Made by a program: the position numbers and the translations under genes. The notes below the pieces were generated by a model. The model searched no databases and was not told where the DNA came from. It saw nothing but the letters and a program-made list of their open reading frames with translations. DNA of 57,165 bases, the filler included, from Deltaproteobacteria bacterium (GTDB lineage Bacteria > CG2-30-53-67): the NCBI GenBank assembly GCA_013151235.1. It is 4 parts of 4 records of this genome, joined end to end, with 100 filler letters (N's around TTAATTAATTAA, not from the genome) between each part and the next. Parts side by side here need not be neighbours in the genome. Positions count along the whole stretch, not along the records: positions 44,401 to 57,165 come from JAADIO010000060.1; 3 more parts are not named here. One strand, written 5' to 3'. Below, one piece after another: positions 45,626 through 57,165 of the stretch (position 1 is the stretch's first letter; each line of letters begins with the position of its first letter).

Positions 45626-46483
45626 ATGAGCGTTGTTGCTGTTATTCCGGCCCGTTATGCCTCAACCCGGTTTCCCGGCAAGCCACTTGCCATGATTGGC
45701 GAAAAGCCGATGATCCGATGGGTTTATGAGCGGGTGCAAAGGGCTTCCCGGGTCGACCGGGTCATTGTGGCGACGGATGATGAGCGGATTCTTGAGGCCG
45801 TTCGTGCCTTCGGGGGGGAGGCGGTCATGACCTCAGGGGAGCATCCTTCCGGGACGGACCGGATCGCGGAAGCGGCACTGGGGCTTGACGCCGAGATCAT
45901 TGTGAACGTTCAGGGGGATGAGCCCCTGATCCGGGGAGATGTGATCGATGCCTGCATCCGGCCTCTCCAGGAGGGAGCGCAAGAGCCCGTTGTCACGCCC
46001 TGTGTTCGGATCCGTTCTTTGCAAGATCTGCGAAATCCCGATGTGGTGAAGGTCGTGAAGAGCCCTGCGGGGCGGGCCCTCTATTTTTCCCGCTTTCCGA
46101 TTCCCTTTGACCGGGGCCGGAAAATTGATGAAGATTGCCTGTCGGAACTTTCTTTCTGGAAACATCTCGGACTTTATGCCTACCGAAGGGATTTTTTGTT
46201 ACAATACAGCCGGATGGCGCCGTCGCCCCTGGAAAAGCGGGAAAAATTGGAGCAGTTGAGGATCCTGGAGAATGGCTATACAATCCGGGTGGAGGAGACC
46301 GACTACGATTCCGTCGGTGTTGACTCTCCGGAGGATCTTGAGAAAATTCGGGACCTGTTTTATGAGAAGGTGAAAGAAAAACCGACTCCGGAGGATACGA
46401 TAAAAGAGCTTAAGGCGCTTCGAAATAATCTCACTTTGCAAGATCTCTCAGTGAAAGAGATGATTGCAAAAAGACGAAAATGA
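45626..46483 (+). CDS. kdsB: 3-deoxy-manno-octulosonate cytidylyltransferase with atypical C-terminal extension
   Basis: IPARYASTRFPGKPL, SGTDR, NVQGDEP, LEQLRILE and GVDSPEDL motifs. Confidence 0.96.
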   Translation: MSVVAVIPARYASTRFPGKPLAMIGEKPMIRWVYERVQRASRVDRVIVATDDERILEAVRAFGGEAVMTSGEHPSGTDRIAEAALGLDAEIIVNVQGDEPLIRGDVIDACIRPLQEGAQEPVVTPCVRIRSLQDLRNPDVVKVVKSPAGRALYFSRFPIPFDRGRKIDEDCLSELSFWKHLGLYAYRRDFLLQYSRMAPSPLEKREKLEQLRILENGYTIRVEETDYDSVGVDSPEDLEKIRDLFYEKVKEKPTPEDTIKELKALRNNLTLQDLSVKEMIAKRRK

Positions 46484-46539
46484 TTTTATATGATTATGTG
46501 CCTTTCGTATGACCAATGAATGAATCGGAAAAGAGATAA

Positions 46540-49072
<2,533 letters not shown>

Positions 49073-49076
<4 letters not shown>

Positions 49077-50077
49077 CAACCAAGGGGATGAAGAGGAAGG
49101 ATAATTCACTGATTGAAACGGCGAAAAACACGTTGAAAATAGAGTCCGATGCAATCCTCTCTCTCATTGATCGGGTGGACGAACATTTTGAAGAGGCCGT
49201 GGAGATCATTTATGCCTGCCAAGGACGGGTCGTGGTGACGGGGATGGGAAAATCCGGCATCATCGCCCGGAAGATTGCCGCCACCTTTGCTAGTACGGGA
49301 ACGCCGGCCTTTTTCGTGCATCCTGCCGAAGGGATCCACGGGGATTTGGGGATGATCGTACGGGACGACGTGGTCCTGACCCTCTCCAACAGCGGAGAGA
49401 CGGAAGAACTGGCAACGCTTCTCCCTTTGATCAAGCGGCAGGGGAACCTTCTGGTAGCCATGACCGGATGTCCCGGTTCTTTCCTGGCCGAACGGAGCGA
49501 CGTCGCACTTGATGTCAGTGTGGAAAAGGAGGCCTGTCCACTCGGGATGGCTCCAACCGCCAGTACCACGGCGGCTCTTGCCATGGGGGATGCCCTGGCG
49601 GCGGCACTTTTAAGCAAGCGGGGTTTCAAAACGGAAGATTTCGCCTATTTCCATCCCGGCGGCACGCTCGGGAAGCGGCTCTTTCTCAAGGTGTCGGACC
49701 TGATGCATGCGGGAGAGGAAATCCCGAGGATTGCAGAAGAAGATCTCATGAAGGAGGCGATCTACGAAATCTCCGCCAAGAAACTGGGTGTCACCACCGT
49801 CGTCGATACCGACGGGATCTTGAAGGGGATCATTACCGATGGCGACCTGCGCCGGTTCTTCGGAAAGGAGATCGGCCGGAGGGAAGATCCTCTTTCCGTG
49901 CCGGCCAAGGATGTCATGTCCCCGGGGGTCCGGACAATTGAAGCCGATGCCCTGGCGGCCAGGGCGGTTCAGGTGATGGAGAAGCACTCCATTACTTCCC
50001 TGGTGATTATTGATGAAGCTCATGTACCGGTGGGTATTATTCATTTGCATGATCTTTTGAAGGCCGGTGTTGTATGA
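49073..50077 (+). CDS. kdsD: Arabinose-5-phosphate isomerase (KpsF/GutQ, SIS-CBS)
   Basis: TGMGKSG, HGDLG, APTASTT and HPGG motifs plus a CBS pair. Confidence 0.95.
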
Positions 50078-50145
50078 GCTGACGGCTTCGTAAAAAGTCC
50101 GTCTGTTGTAGGAGGTGGGTCCGTAATTAAAGAGAGGAGGAGCGG

Positions 50146-51327
50146 ATGGCCGTGAACAGGAATTCCCGGATACAGGCGGATATCGACAAGCTTCTGGCAG
50201 GCAATTCCAGGGACCATCGGACATTCATTGCAAAGGTGGATCGTCTGGTGGAACGTTGCGGTAACGATTTTTTCCCCTACCTGTTTTTTACCACGGCTCA
50301 TCTTGAATTCCCGAAAAGAACGGCCAAAAAACACTGGGATGAGATCCTTCTCCATTGGGAGAAGATGCGCAAGTGTATTAAAAGGGAGATCGATTTTCGG
50401 GTGGCTCTTCTCGACTATTTCATCGACATCAACCACCGAATCAAGAACCCGAAGATCATTGAAATTAAAATCTTTCAGAAGACCCAACAGGAAAGTTATC
50501 TCGATGAACTGACGCAGCTTTTCAATTACCGCTATTTTCAGCAGGCCCTGAAGAATGAAATCGTCAGGGCGCAGCGTTATGCCGCTCCCCTTTCCCTGGT
50601 GATTTTTGATGTGGACGACTTCAAGAACTACAATGATACGAACGGGCATTTTGCCGGGAATCAGGCACTAAAAAAACTGGCCCGAACACTCAAAAAGGGC
50701 GTTCGGGATGTAGATGTGGTGGTCCGTTATGGTGGGGAAGAGTTTGCCATTCTTCTGCCGGAAACGACCAAGGAAGGAGCCATGGTGATCTCCGAGCGTA
50801 TCCGGAATCGGGTGGAGATCACCAAATATACCGGAGGTGCAAAGCAGCCCCTGAAAAATTTTACCATCAGCGGAGGTGTGGCTACCCTGAAGGTGGATGC
50901 CGCGACCGGTTCGGAACTGATCAAAAAAGCCGACCGGGCCCTCTATCGTGCGAAAAGCCGGGGAAAGAATCAAATCGCTCTTTATGAGGACGAACGGCGT
51001 GACTTTGAACGTGTCAGCGCATCGCTGGTTGGACGGTTGAATGTGATCTCGGATTCCGGGGATCTCTTCTCCGTCAAGAATCTCAGTGAAGGAGGGGCGC
51101 TTTTGATTTACAGCAGCGTTCTTCCCTTGGGCAGTGTTCTCCATCTCGCTTTCCAGGTGCCGGGCCGTAAAACACCGATTGCCTGCAAGGCCAAAGTGAC
51201 CCGTGTTGAGGAATTGAAAAAGAACAAGTCTTACGAAATAGGTGTCCGGATCATCCAGATACGGGAGCGGGAGCGCAAATCTCTCAGGCGATTTATTGCA
51301 TCGACGGGGCGGAAAAAGGGGGTGTAG
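50146..51327 (+). CDS. Diguanylate cyclase (GGEEF) with C-terminal PilZ domain
   Basis: DVDDFK..ND..GH, RxxD I-site (RDVD), RYGGEEF; PilZ RRDFER and NLSEGG; RBS GGAGGAG. Confidence 0.9.
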   Translation: MAVNRNSRIQADIDKLLAGNSRDHRTFIAKVDRLVERCGNDFFPYLFFTTAHLEFPKRTAKKHWDEILLHWEKMRKCIKREIDFRVALLDYFIDINHRIKNPKIIEIKIFQKTQQESYLDELTQLFNYRYFQQALKNEIVRAQRYAAPLSLVIFDVDDFKNYNDTNGHFAGNQALKKLARTLKKGVRDVDVVVRYGGEEFAILLPETTKEGAMVISERIRNRVEITKYTGGAKQPLKNFTISGGVATLKVDAATGSELIKKADRALYRAKSRGKNQIALYEDERRDFERVSASLVGRLNVISDSGDLFSVKNLSEGGALLIYSSVLPLGSVLHLAFQVPGRKTPIACKAKVTRVEELKKNKSYEIGVRIIQIRERERKSLRRFIASTGRKKGV

Positions 51328-51336
51328 TTGCCGGCA

Positions 51337-51684
51337 TCAGCGTTTTTTCTTCCGTGAACTTTTGGGAGAGCCTAATAATTTCAGACGAAAAAGTTTCGCT
51401 GCCAGGTGGTACAGGTCGGAACGGCTTCCCTCTTTGCGGATTCCAATCGCTACTACCAGAACAACGACCTCCTTCCGCTCCACCCGATATAGAATACGAT
51501 AACGCTGTCCGGCTGCCCGGATGCTCCGGTATCCGGCGAGGTCACCGGTCAATGCTTTCCCCTGTTTCTCCGGATCGTTGGACAATCCATCAATTCGACA
51601 GCCGATTTTTTCTCTGATCCGTCGGTCCGGGATGGCCGTAAGCATCTCTTTCGCCTGTACGGTGAGGACAATTTTGTAACCCAT
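51337..51684 (-). CDS. RelE/ParE family toxin
   Basis: YKIVLT..GKALTGDLAGYRSIR..YRILYRV..VVAIGIR pattern. Confidence 0.92.
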   Translation of the reverse strand: MGYKIVLTVQAKEMLTAIPDRRIREKIGCRIDGLSNDPEKQGKALTGDLAGYRSIRAAGQRYRILYRVERKEVVVLVVAIGIRKEGSRSDLYHLAAKLFRLKLLGSPKSSRKKKR

Positions 51685-51959
51685 TACAAACCCAGGTCCT
51701 TTTTGACCTCCTCCCAGGGGATTGTTTTCCCATCCCGGAGATCTTGAATACTCAAACGCAGACTTTCCGTGAGTTCTTCATCTCCCAGGACTTCCAGGGT
51801 TTCCATAATCGTCTCATAAAGGTCCCACGGCATTACCGCCAGTACAGGTTTTCCTCTCCGTGTGACTGCGACTGCACCAGGTTCGTGTTCTCCGGCAAAT
51901 TCCTCCGTAAGTTCTTTGAGCTTATGCCGAGCTTCGGTAATGGGTAATGTTTTTGTCAT
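51684..51959 (-). CDS. Phd/YefM family antitoxin
   Basis: ITEAR..VTRRGKPVLAVM..ETLEVL..IPWEEVK pattern. Confidence 0.92.
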   Translation of the reverse strand: MTKTLPITEARHKLKELTEEFAGEHEPGAVAVTRRGKPVLAVMPWDLYETIMETLEVLGDEELTESLRLSIQDLRDGKTIPWEEVKKDLGL

Positions 51960-51991
51960 GATAGTGGTCCTCTTAAAGTTAGATATGCTTC

Positions 51992-52022
51992 TAAATGTAC
52001 ATTTATACGATCATTTTGTCAA
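51992..52022 (-). promoter_or_regulatory. TA promoter with perfect palindromic operator
   Basis: Minus-strand TTGACA(52022-52017)-17 bp-TACATT(51999-51994), overlapped by TAAATGTACATTTA (51992-52005). Confidence 0.75.
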
Positions 52023-52023
52023 G

Positions 52024-52170
52024 TCAAAATTCCTCGGAGGCCTCCCCCGGTTGTTTGGACATGATGTGACAGAATATCTATACCGCCGTATTGATGACAG
52101 CCAAAAATTGATAGATGGTGAGATCGAGGGTGTCCTGATCGGCAAGAAATTCCTCTGATGGGGATGAATT
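52024..52170 (-). pseudogene. Degenerate fragment of a DUF86/HEPN toxin gene
   Basis: My translation SEEFLADQDTLDLTIYQFLAVINTAV*IFCHIMSKQPGEASEEF* resembles the N-terminal half of DUF86 proteins; it has an internal stop and no start. Confidence 0.5.
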
Positions 52171-52172
52171 CT

Positions 52173-52958
52173 TTATTTCCCTAACGCCTTCGCCTCGTTC
52201 CAGAGGCGCTCCATTTCCTCCAGAGTCAGGGTGTGGAGTTCAACCTTCCGCCGGGCCGCGTACTCCTCGATATGCTGAAACCGTGCAATGAAGCGGCTGA
52301 TCGTCTTCCGGAGGGCATCCTCGGGACTGACCTTGATGAAACGGGAGAGGTTGACCAGGGCGAAGAGCATATCACCGAATTCATTTTCAATCTCTTCCGG
52401 ATCTTTCTTCTCCAGCGCCTCCTTGAATTCGGCTGTCTCTTCCTCCACCTTTTCCAGTACCTGGGAAATATGCTCCCAGTCAAAGCCGACCCGGGCGGCC
52501 CGGTCCTGAAGGCGGTGGGCCTTGAGCAGAGCGGGCAGGGCCTTGGGAATTCCCTCGAGAATCGATTTTCTCTTCCGGTCTTTTTGCTCTTCCTTCTTGA
52601 TCTGCTCCCACCTGTGTAAAACCTCCTCGGCGTTGTCAGCCGTCTCGTTCCCGAAGACATGGGGATGGCGTCGCAGCATCTTTTCGTTGATTCCCCGCGC
52701 CACATCGTCGAATTCGAAATCCCCCGACTCCTTCCCGATCTGGGCCAGAAAGACGATCTGCAGCAGCAGATCGCCCAACTCCTCGCAGACCTCTTCCGGT
52801 TTACCCCGTTCAATGGCTTCCACCACCTCGTAGGCCTCTTCGATGATAAAGGGTTTGAGACTCTCCATGGTTTGTTGTTTGTCCCAGGGACAGCCGTGCT
52901 CCGAGCGAAGTTTCCCCATGATGGTCAACAGTTTGTCCATTCCCTCATTTTTCTCCAT
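52173..52958 (-). CDS. mazG: Nucleoside triphosphate pyrophosphohydrolase MazG
   Basis: GCPWD, EEAYEV, EELGDLLLQ, RRHPHVF and GFDW motifs; tandem MazG domains. Confidence 0.96.
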   Translation of the reverse strand: MEKNEGMDKLLTIMGKLRSEHGCPWDKQQTMESLKPFIIEEAYEVVEAIERGKPEEVCEELGDLLLQIVFLAQIGKESGDFEFDDVARGINEKMLRRHPHVFGNETADNAEEVLHRWEQIKKEEQKDRKRKSILEGIPKALPALLKAHRLQDRAARVGFDWEHISQVLEKVEEETAEFKEALEKKDPEEIENEFGDMLFALVNLSRFIKVSPEDALRKTISRFIARFQHIEEYAARRKVELHTLTLEEMERLWNEAKALGK

Positions 52959-52997
52959 GGTCCTATCATAGGGTTTTTATACCCGTGGAGTCAATCG

Positions 52998-53224
52998 GGA
53001 AAAGGCAAAGGAAAAGGCAAAGGGGCAAAGGGACAGAGGGACAAAGCAAACCAAACTCGTTTCTCGCGGAGAACAGGGGGAGAGTCAACGTCCCCCCTCA
53101 CCTCGATCCTCTCCCCTCAGGGAGAGGAAGTAACTTCATCTGTGCCGAGCAGTTGCCCCTTCTCCCCGCCGGGGAGAAGGTTGGGATGAGGGGGGGGTGT
53201 AGCGCCGGGGTTTATCCCCGGCGA
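52998..53224. repeat. Cluster of short repeats
   Basis: GGCAAAG/GGACA[G/A]AG iterations, the inverted pair CCCCTCACCTCGATCCTCTCCCC / GGGGAGAAGGTTGGGATGAGGGG, and GTAG-CGCCGGGG-TTTAT-CCCCGGCG. Confidence 0.7.
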
Positions 53225-53347
53225 AAGCGTACACGGCGAACCCGTCCCGGTTGCCCACAGACCGTTGATGACCTATACTGGTGGCAAATGGACAGGAATG
53301 CCCTGTCCAGCCCATTCCATAAACCGTATCGATCAAGGAGAGAAAAG

Positions 53348-54466
53348 ATGTCCAGACTATTTGAAGAGGTGAAAATCGGCGGGATGTTTCTTCCCAACCG
53401 TGCTGTCCGGTCGGCCACCTACGAGAACCGTTGTGACGAGGATGGGAAGGTGACGGAGGAACTGATCCGGTTCTACCGGGAACTGGCCGCCGGGGAGATC
53501 GGACTGATCGTCACCGGCAACGCCATGGTCCATCCCTGGGGGATCACGGCGCCGAACGCCCTTGGCATCTACAGTGATGAACACCTCCCCGGACTGGCCC
53601 GGCTGTCCGAAATGATCCACGACGGGGGAGGGCATGTTGTGGTGCAACTCTCCCACGGGGGGCGGCAGAGCGTGCCGGACCTGATCGGCGGCCGGGAGGC
53701 GATCGCTCCTTCGGCCGTTTATTCCCGGGCCATGAAATACACGCCGAAAGAGATGACGGGAAAGGAGATCCGCGAAGTGATCGAGGCCTTTGTCACTGCC
53801 GCCGAGCGGGCGCAGAAGGCCGGTTTCGACGGGGTGCAGCTCCACTGTGCCCACGGGTATCTGTTGAGCAGCTTCCTCTCCCCCTTTGCCAACACCCGGA
53901 CCGATGACTACGGCGGCACCACGGAGAAACGGACCCGCATCATTCTGGAAATTTTTGATCGGATTCAGGCCCGCTGCGGAAAAGAGTTTCCCGTCCTGGT
54001 CAAGTTGAACTCCGAAGAGGGGCTGGAAAACGGCCTTGATATCGAGGAAGCCGCCCGGGTGGTGAAACTCCTCGACGGAAAAGATTTCGCCGCCATCGAA
54101 ATCAGCGGCGGGATCTACGAAACGGGTCTTTCGACCCGTCCCAAAATCAAGGCCCGCGAAAACGAGGCCTACTTCCTGGCTAATGCCGATCGGCTTCGCG
54201 GAGAGACGAAGATCCCCCTGATCCTGGTTGGCGGTATCCGTTCCCTTGAGCGGATCGATGAAATCCTGGAATCAGGCGTCGTCGAGATGGTCTCCATGAG
54301 CCGCCCCTTCATCCGGGAGCCGGGACTGATCCAAAGATGGCAGGCAGGGGATTTAACCCCGGCCCGTTGCATCTCCTGCAACCTCTGCATGAAAAAGGTT
54401 TTCGAAGGACCGGTGAAGTGCTACCAGGAGGAGAAAAAGATGAATTCGGGAACGGTTCTCGATTAG
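53348..54466 (+). CDS. NADH:flavin oxidoreductase (old yellow enzyme family)
   Basis: NRAVRSAT, QLSHGG, GFDGVQLHCAHGYL, RTDDYGG and C-terminal CISCNLC; RBS AGGAG. Confidence 0.93.
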   Translation: MSRLFEEVKIGGMFLPNRAVRSATYENRCDEDGKVTEELIRFYRELAAGEIGLIVTGNAMVHPWGITAPNALGIYSDEHLPGLARLSEMIHDGGGHVVVQLSHGGRQSVPDLIGGREAIAPSAVYSRAMKYTPKEMTGKEIREVIEAFVTAAERAQKAGFDGVQLHCAHGYLLSSFLSPFANTRTDDYGGTTEKRTRIILEIFDRIQARCGKEFPVLVKLNSEEGLENGLDIEEAARVVKLLDGKDFAAIEISGGIYETGLSTRPKIKARENEAYFLANADRLRGETKIPLILVGGIRSLERIDEILESGVVEMVSMSRPFIREPGLIQRWQAGDLTPARCISCNLCMKKVFEGPVKCYQEEKKMNSGTVLD

Positions 54467-54505
54467 GCTAATAGAAACTATGATATAAAAATTAGAACCG
54501 TCCCC
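54447..54505. repeat. Palindromic unit GGGAACGGTTCT...AGAACCGTCCCC with AT-rich interior
   Basis: Imperfect 12-bp inverted arms at 54448-54459 and 54494-54505. Confidence 0.6.
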
Positions 54506-54792
54506 GGCAGTAATTTACAGTCCAGTTGCAATCTTGAGTTGGCGGTCAAGTTCACTTTGCACGGAAGAACTTGCTTGGCCAAGGCGTCTGATAATCAATA
54601 TTTTTTCTGCCGTCAGGCAGCTTATTCATTTTGAAGATAAATGGAAAATAGAAAATAAGTCAAATGAAAGAAAGCCCGGTGGAATCGCAAAAGATTCGTG
54701 CTGTGCTTGATGGGCACCCATTGAGACAACGGCAAGATTGCCGAACCCGGGGCCGGGTGGTGACGGTGGAATTTGCCTTCCGGCAAAGAAAT

Positions 54793-56784
54793 TCATGTCC
54801 GTCCTTCGGTAAGGTAAATGAGTGCTTTGTTGATGTCTTCTCGTTTCCCCGTAATAAAAAGCAAATCACCGACCTTCAAGCGGAATGCCGGAGCAGGGCT
54901 TGTCTGCATCTGATTTTCACGTTCAATTGCGATGATCGTAGCACCTGTCCGGGTTCTGATTTTAAGGTTTTCTATCGATTTGCCCACGACGGGTGAATTG
55001 TCATGAATTGTATAGAGCTCAACGGCAACCTTAGACAGGACCGTAAGTTTGTCGAAGAACGGTTTCCGTGTTGCGGTTTTTGTTTGCCTCAGGATTTTGT
55101 AAGCATCTTCTCGAATCATGTCGACGAAGTTAAAGATCTCATTTTTCGGTATCTGGTAATGGCTGAGGACTCTTGAGAATATTTCCACAGAGGTTTCAAA
55201 TTCCTCCGGGATTACTTCATCTGCGCCAAGGCTTAATAGATCGTCGACTTCAGAAGTATATCGGGTTCTTGCAATGATATAGAGATCCGGATTCTGGTTT
55301 CTTGCGGTCTTGACAATATCCCTGCAGGAGGAAGGGTCTGAAATTGCAATGACGAGGACCCCGGCCGTGGTGATTCCGAGTCTGTGAAGTGCTTCAACCT
55401 GCGTTCCATCGCCGTAATAAATCGGTTCTCCACGTTTCTTCATATTCCGGACGGTACCGATATTCAATTCCAGTATTGCATAGGGCAAATCCGCTTCTTG
55501 CAAGACTCGGGCAAGATTTTTTCCGTTCAAACCAAAACCGATGATAATGGTGTGATCTCTTCTTTGTTCCGGAGATTCCCTGTACTCTGACTTTGCTTTG
55601 ATATTTTCAAGCCTGCCCAGAAGTTTCCGGGTGCTCAACCGGGTGGAGATAAAGGGCGAAATTTTCATAATGAAAGGGGTCAAAAGCATGGTTAAAATCG
55701 ATGCGGAAAGAAATCCTTGGTATATATCTTCTGAGATCAGGCCTGCTTCGATTCCGGCAACCGCAAGCACAAATGAAAATTCACCCACCTGTGCAAGATT
55801 CAGGCTGGACTGTATCGATGTCCGAACCGCGCGTCTCAACAGAATCATCGAAAGAAAACTGCTGAAAAATTTCAGGAAGATGATCCCGCCGACCAGAGAG
55901 AGAACAATAACCAGGTTGTTTGCAACAAATGATGTGTCCATCAGCATGCCCACGGATATGAAAAACAGCCCGCTGAAACTGTCTCGAAACGGCAATATTG
56001 CTGATGTTGCCTCCTGTGCATATTCGGATTCCGAAATCACAAGGCCGGCAAGAAATGCACCCAACGCGAGGGAAAGTCCGAATTCAGAAGTGATGAAAGC
56101 GATTCCAAAACAAAGAATCAAGATTGTAATCACAAACAGTTCCCGGCTTCTTGTGCGGACAATTTGATACAGTAGATTCGGCACGAGCCATTTGGCTGAA
56201 AGCAGAACGATTGCTATGATGACAGCGGCCTTTGCGAGGGTGAACAGTAATTCGCTTGTTCCGTGATTACCGGCCATCACCGGAATAAAAAGCATAAACG
56301 GCACGATGCAGAGATCCTGAAATATCAGGATACCCACGCTGACTCTTCCGTGGGGCGTATCCAGTTCCGCCCTCTCGGAGAGCAGTTTCATTACAATTGC
56401 GGTGCTGCTCAGCGCGGTTAAAAACCCAATAAAGATCGCAGTATTGATATCTCCGATCCATTGATTGGAGATGAAGGCGGCTGCAACCACGGTTATGAGA
56501 ACCTGGAGCCCGCCGATCCCGAAGACTTCCAAACGCATTCTTAAAAATTTGGATAAGGAAAACTCAAGGCCAATCGTAAAAAGCAGGAGGATGACTCCGA
56601 TCTCCGCAAAGGTCTGGATTGTGTTGAGGTCCCGTATAAGATGTAAGCCGTGAGGGCCGAGTACGATGCCCGCTAACAGGAATCCGACAATAGAGGGGAT
56701 TCTGATTCTGTGCAGTGCAAATACGACGACGGCGGATATTGCAAAGATGATGACGAGTGATTTTAGAAAATAAAGTTCATGCAT
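54793..56784 (-). CDS. CPA2 cation:proton antiporter (Kef-type) with TrkA-N and TrkA-C domains
   Basis: LLFTIGLEF, SSTAIV, QDL, LGAFLAG, QVGEFSFVL and GFGLNG motifs; lower GC than the neighbouring genes. Confidence 0.93.
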   Translation of the reverse strand: MHELYFLKSLVIIFAISAVVVFALHRIRIPSIVGFLLAGIVLGPHGLHLIRDLNTIQTFAEIGVILLLFTIGLEFSLSKFLRMRLEVFGIGGLQVLITVVAAAFISNQWIGDINTAIFIGFLTALSSTAIVMKLLSERAELDTPHGRVSVGILIFQDLCIVPFMLFIPVMAGNHGTSELLFTLAKAAVIIAIVLLSAKWLVPNLLYQIVRTRSRELFVITILILCFGIAFITSEFGLSLALGAFLAGLVISESEYAQEATSAILPFRDSFSGLFFISVGMLMDTSFVANNLVIVLSLVGGIIFLKFFSSFLSMILLRRAVRTSIQSSLNLAQVGEFSFVLAVAGIEAGLISEDIYQGFLSASILTMLLTPFIMKISPFISTRLSTRKLLGRLENIKAKSEYRESPEQRRDHTIIIGFGLNGKNLARVLQEADLPYAILELNIGTVRNMKKRGEPIYYGDGTQVEALHRLGITTAGVLVIAISDPSSCRDIVKTARNQNPDLYIIARTRYTSEVDDLLSLGADEVIPEEFETSVEIFSRVLSHYQIPKNEIFNFVDMIREDAYKILRQTKTATRKPFFDKLTVLSKVAVELYTIHDNSPVVGKSIENLKIRTRTGATIIAIERENQMQTSPAPAFRLKVGDLLFITGKREDINKALIYLTEGRT

Positions 56785-56936
56785 ATGCTGTTATGACGAT
56801 TTTTGTGAATCGGGACATGCTAAAAAGGACGCCGGGGGTTCTCTTGGAGGACCCGGTCCGTAGAGGCCTTTTTCTGCAGAGAGAAAACCGCCCCGGGAAT
56901 ATACGAAAGCCTCCCTGCTGTAAGCCGCTCAAAGTT

Positions 56937-57135
56937 GATGAAGTCGTAAAAACTCGTTTTCCGGATTCCGTTCATGGTTCGACAGGCTCCCCACGAACGG
57001 TCCATTAAACTTTCCGAACCACACAAACGGAATATCAATCACTTACACCGTTCGCCCTGAGCGGGCCTGTCCTGAGCTTGTCGAAGGAAGCCGGCCGAAG
57101 GGTCGAAGGGCTTCGTGACTTTTTACGACACCATC
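56937..57135. repeat. Complete 199-bp MITE/REP-like element
   Basis: GATGAAGTCGTAAAAACTC ... GACTTTTTACGACACCATC. Confidence 0.85.
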
Positions 57136-57165
57136 AACATTGAGTATATGGAGAAAAACCGTAAC

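Noticed and set aside
54510-54790. Possible riboswitch or ncRNA between the oxidoreductase and antiporter genes
   Set aside because: It lies between convergent 3' ends and matches no aptamer consensus I can recognise.

Overview
This is a GC-rich bacterial window (gene content resembles a Deltaproteobacteria/Nitrospirota-like anaerobe; inference) built from four contigs joined by artificial 100-bp N/TTAATTAATTAA linkers, so adjacency across the linkers is unreliable. Contig 1 (1-16593) holds the probable 5' end of a group II intron, an AT-rich ABC-ATPase/TOPRIM (OLD-like, putative defence) gene between palindromic repeat units, and a sulfur/metal cluster (DUF134, NifB/NifX, DUF302, SqrF-like SQR, TauE, methyltransferase, TolC-MFP-RND) with a second convergent MFP-RND pair. 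Contig 2 (16694-30622) holds an aconitase 5' fragment, hsp20, DUF4388, an internally duplicated CxxC protein, mutS, CooT-like and small metal-binding proteins, and a cobalamin-riboswitch operon cobU-cobT-cobS-cobC-cbiA-(Cys-rich)-bzaF-like. Contig 3 (30723-44300) is an LPS core/modification operon (GT9, GT4, two kinases, sulfotransferase, O-antigen ligase, two GT-D-like paralogs) headed by an MNT-HEPN toxin-antitoxin pair. Contig 4 (44401-57165) holds Phd-RelE/ParE, kdsB-pyrG-kdsA-kdsD, a GGDEF-PilZ protein, a second Phd-RelE pair, a HEPN remnant, mazG, an old-yellow-enzyme oxidoreductase and a Kef-type antiporter. The most unusual signals are several families of short palindromic intergenic repeats, some bracketing foreign cargo or TA genes, and decayed TA fragments inside housekeeping loci. 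All family calls come from motif recognition; no database search was run.
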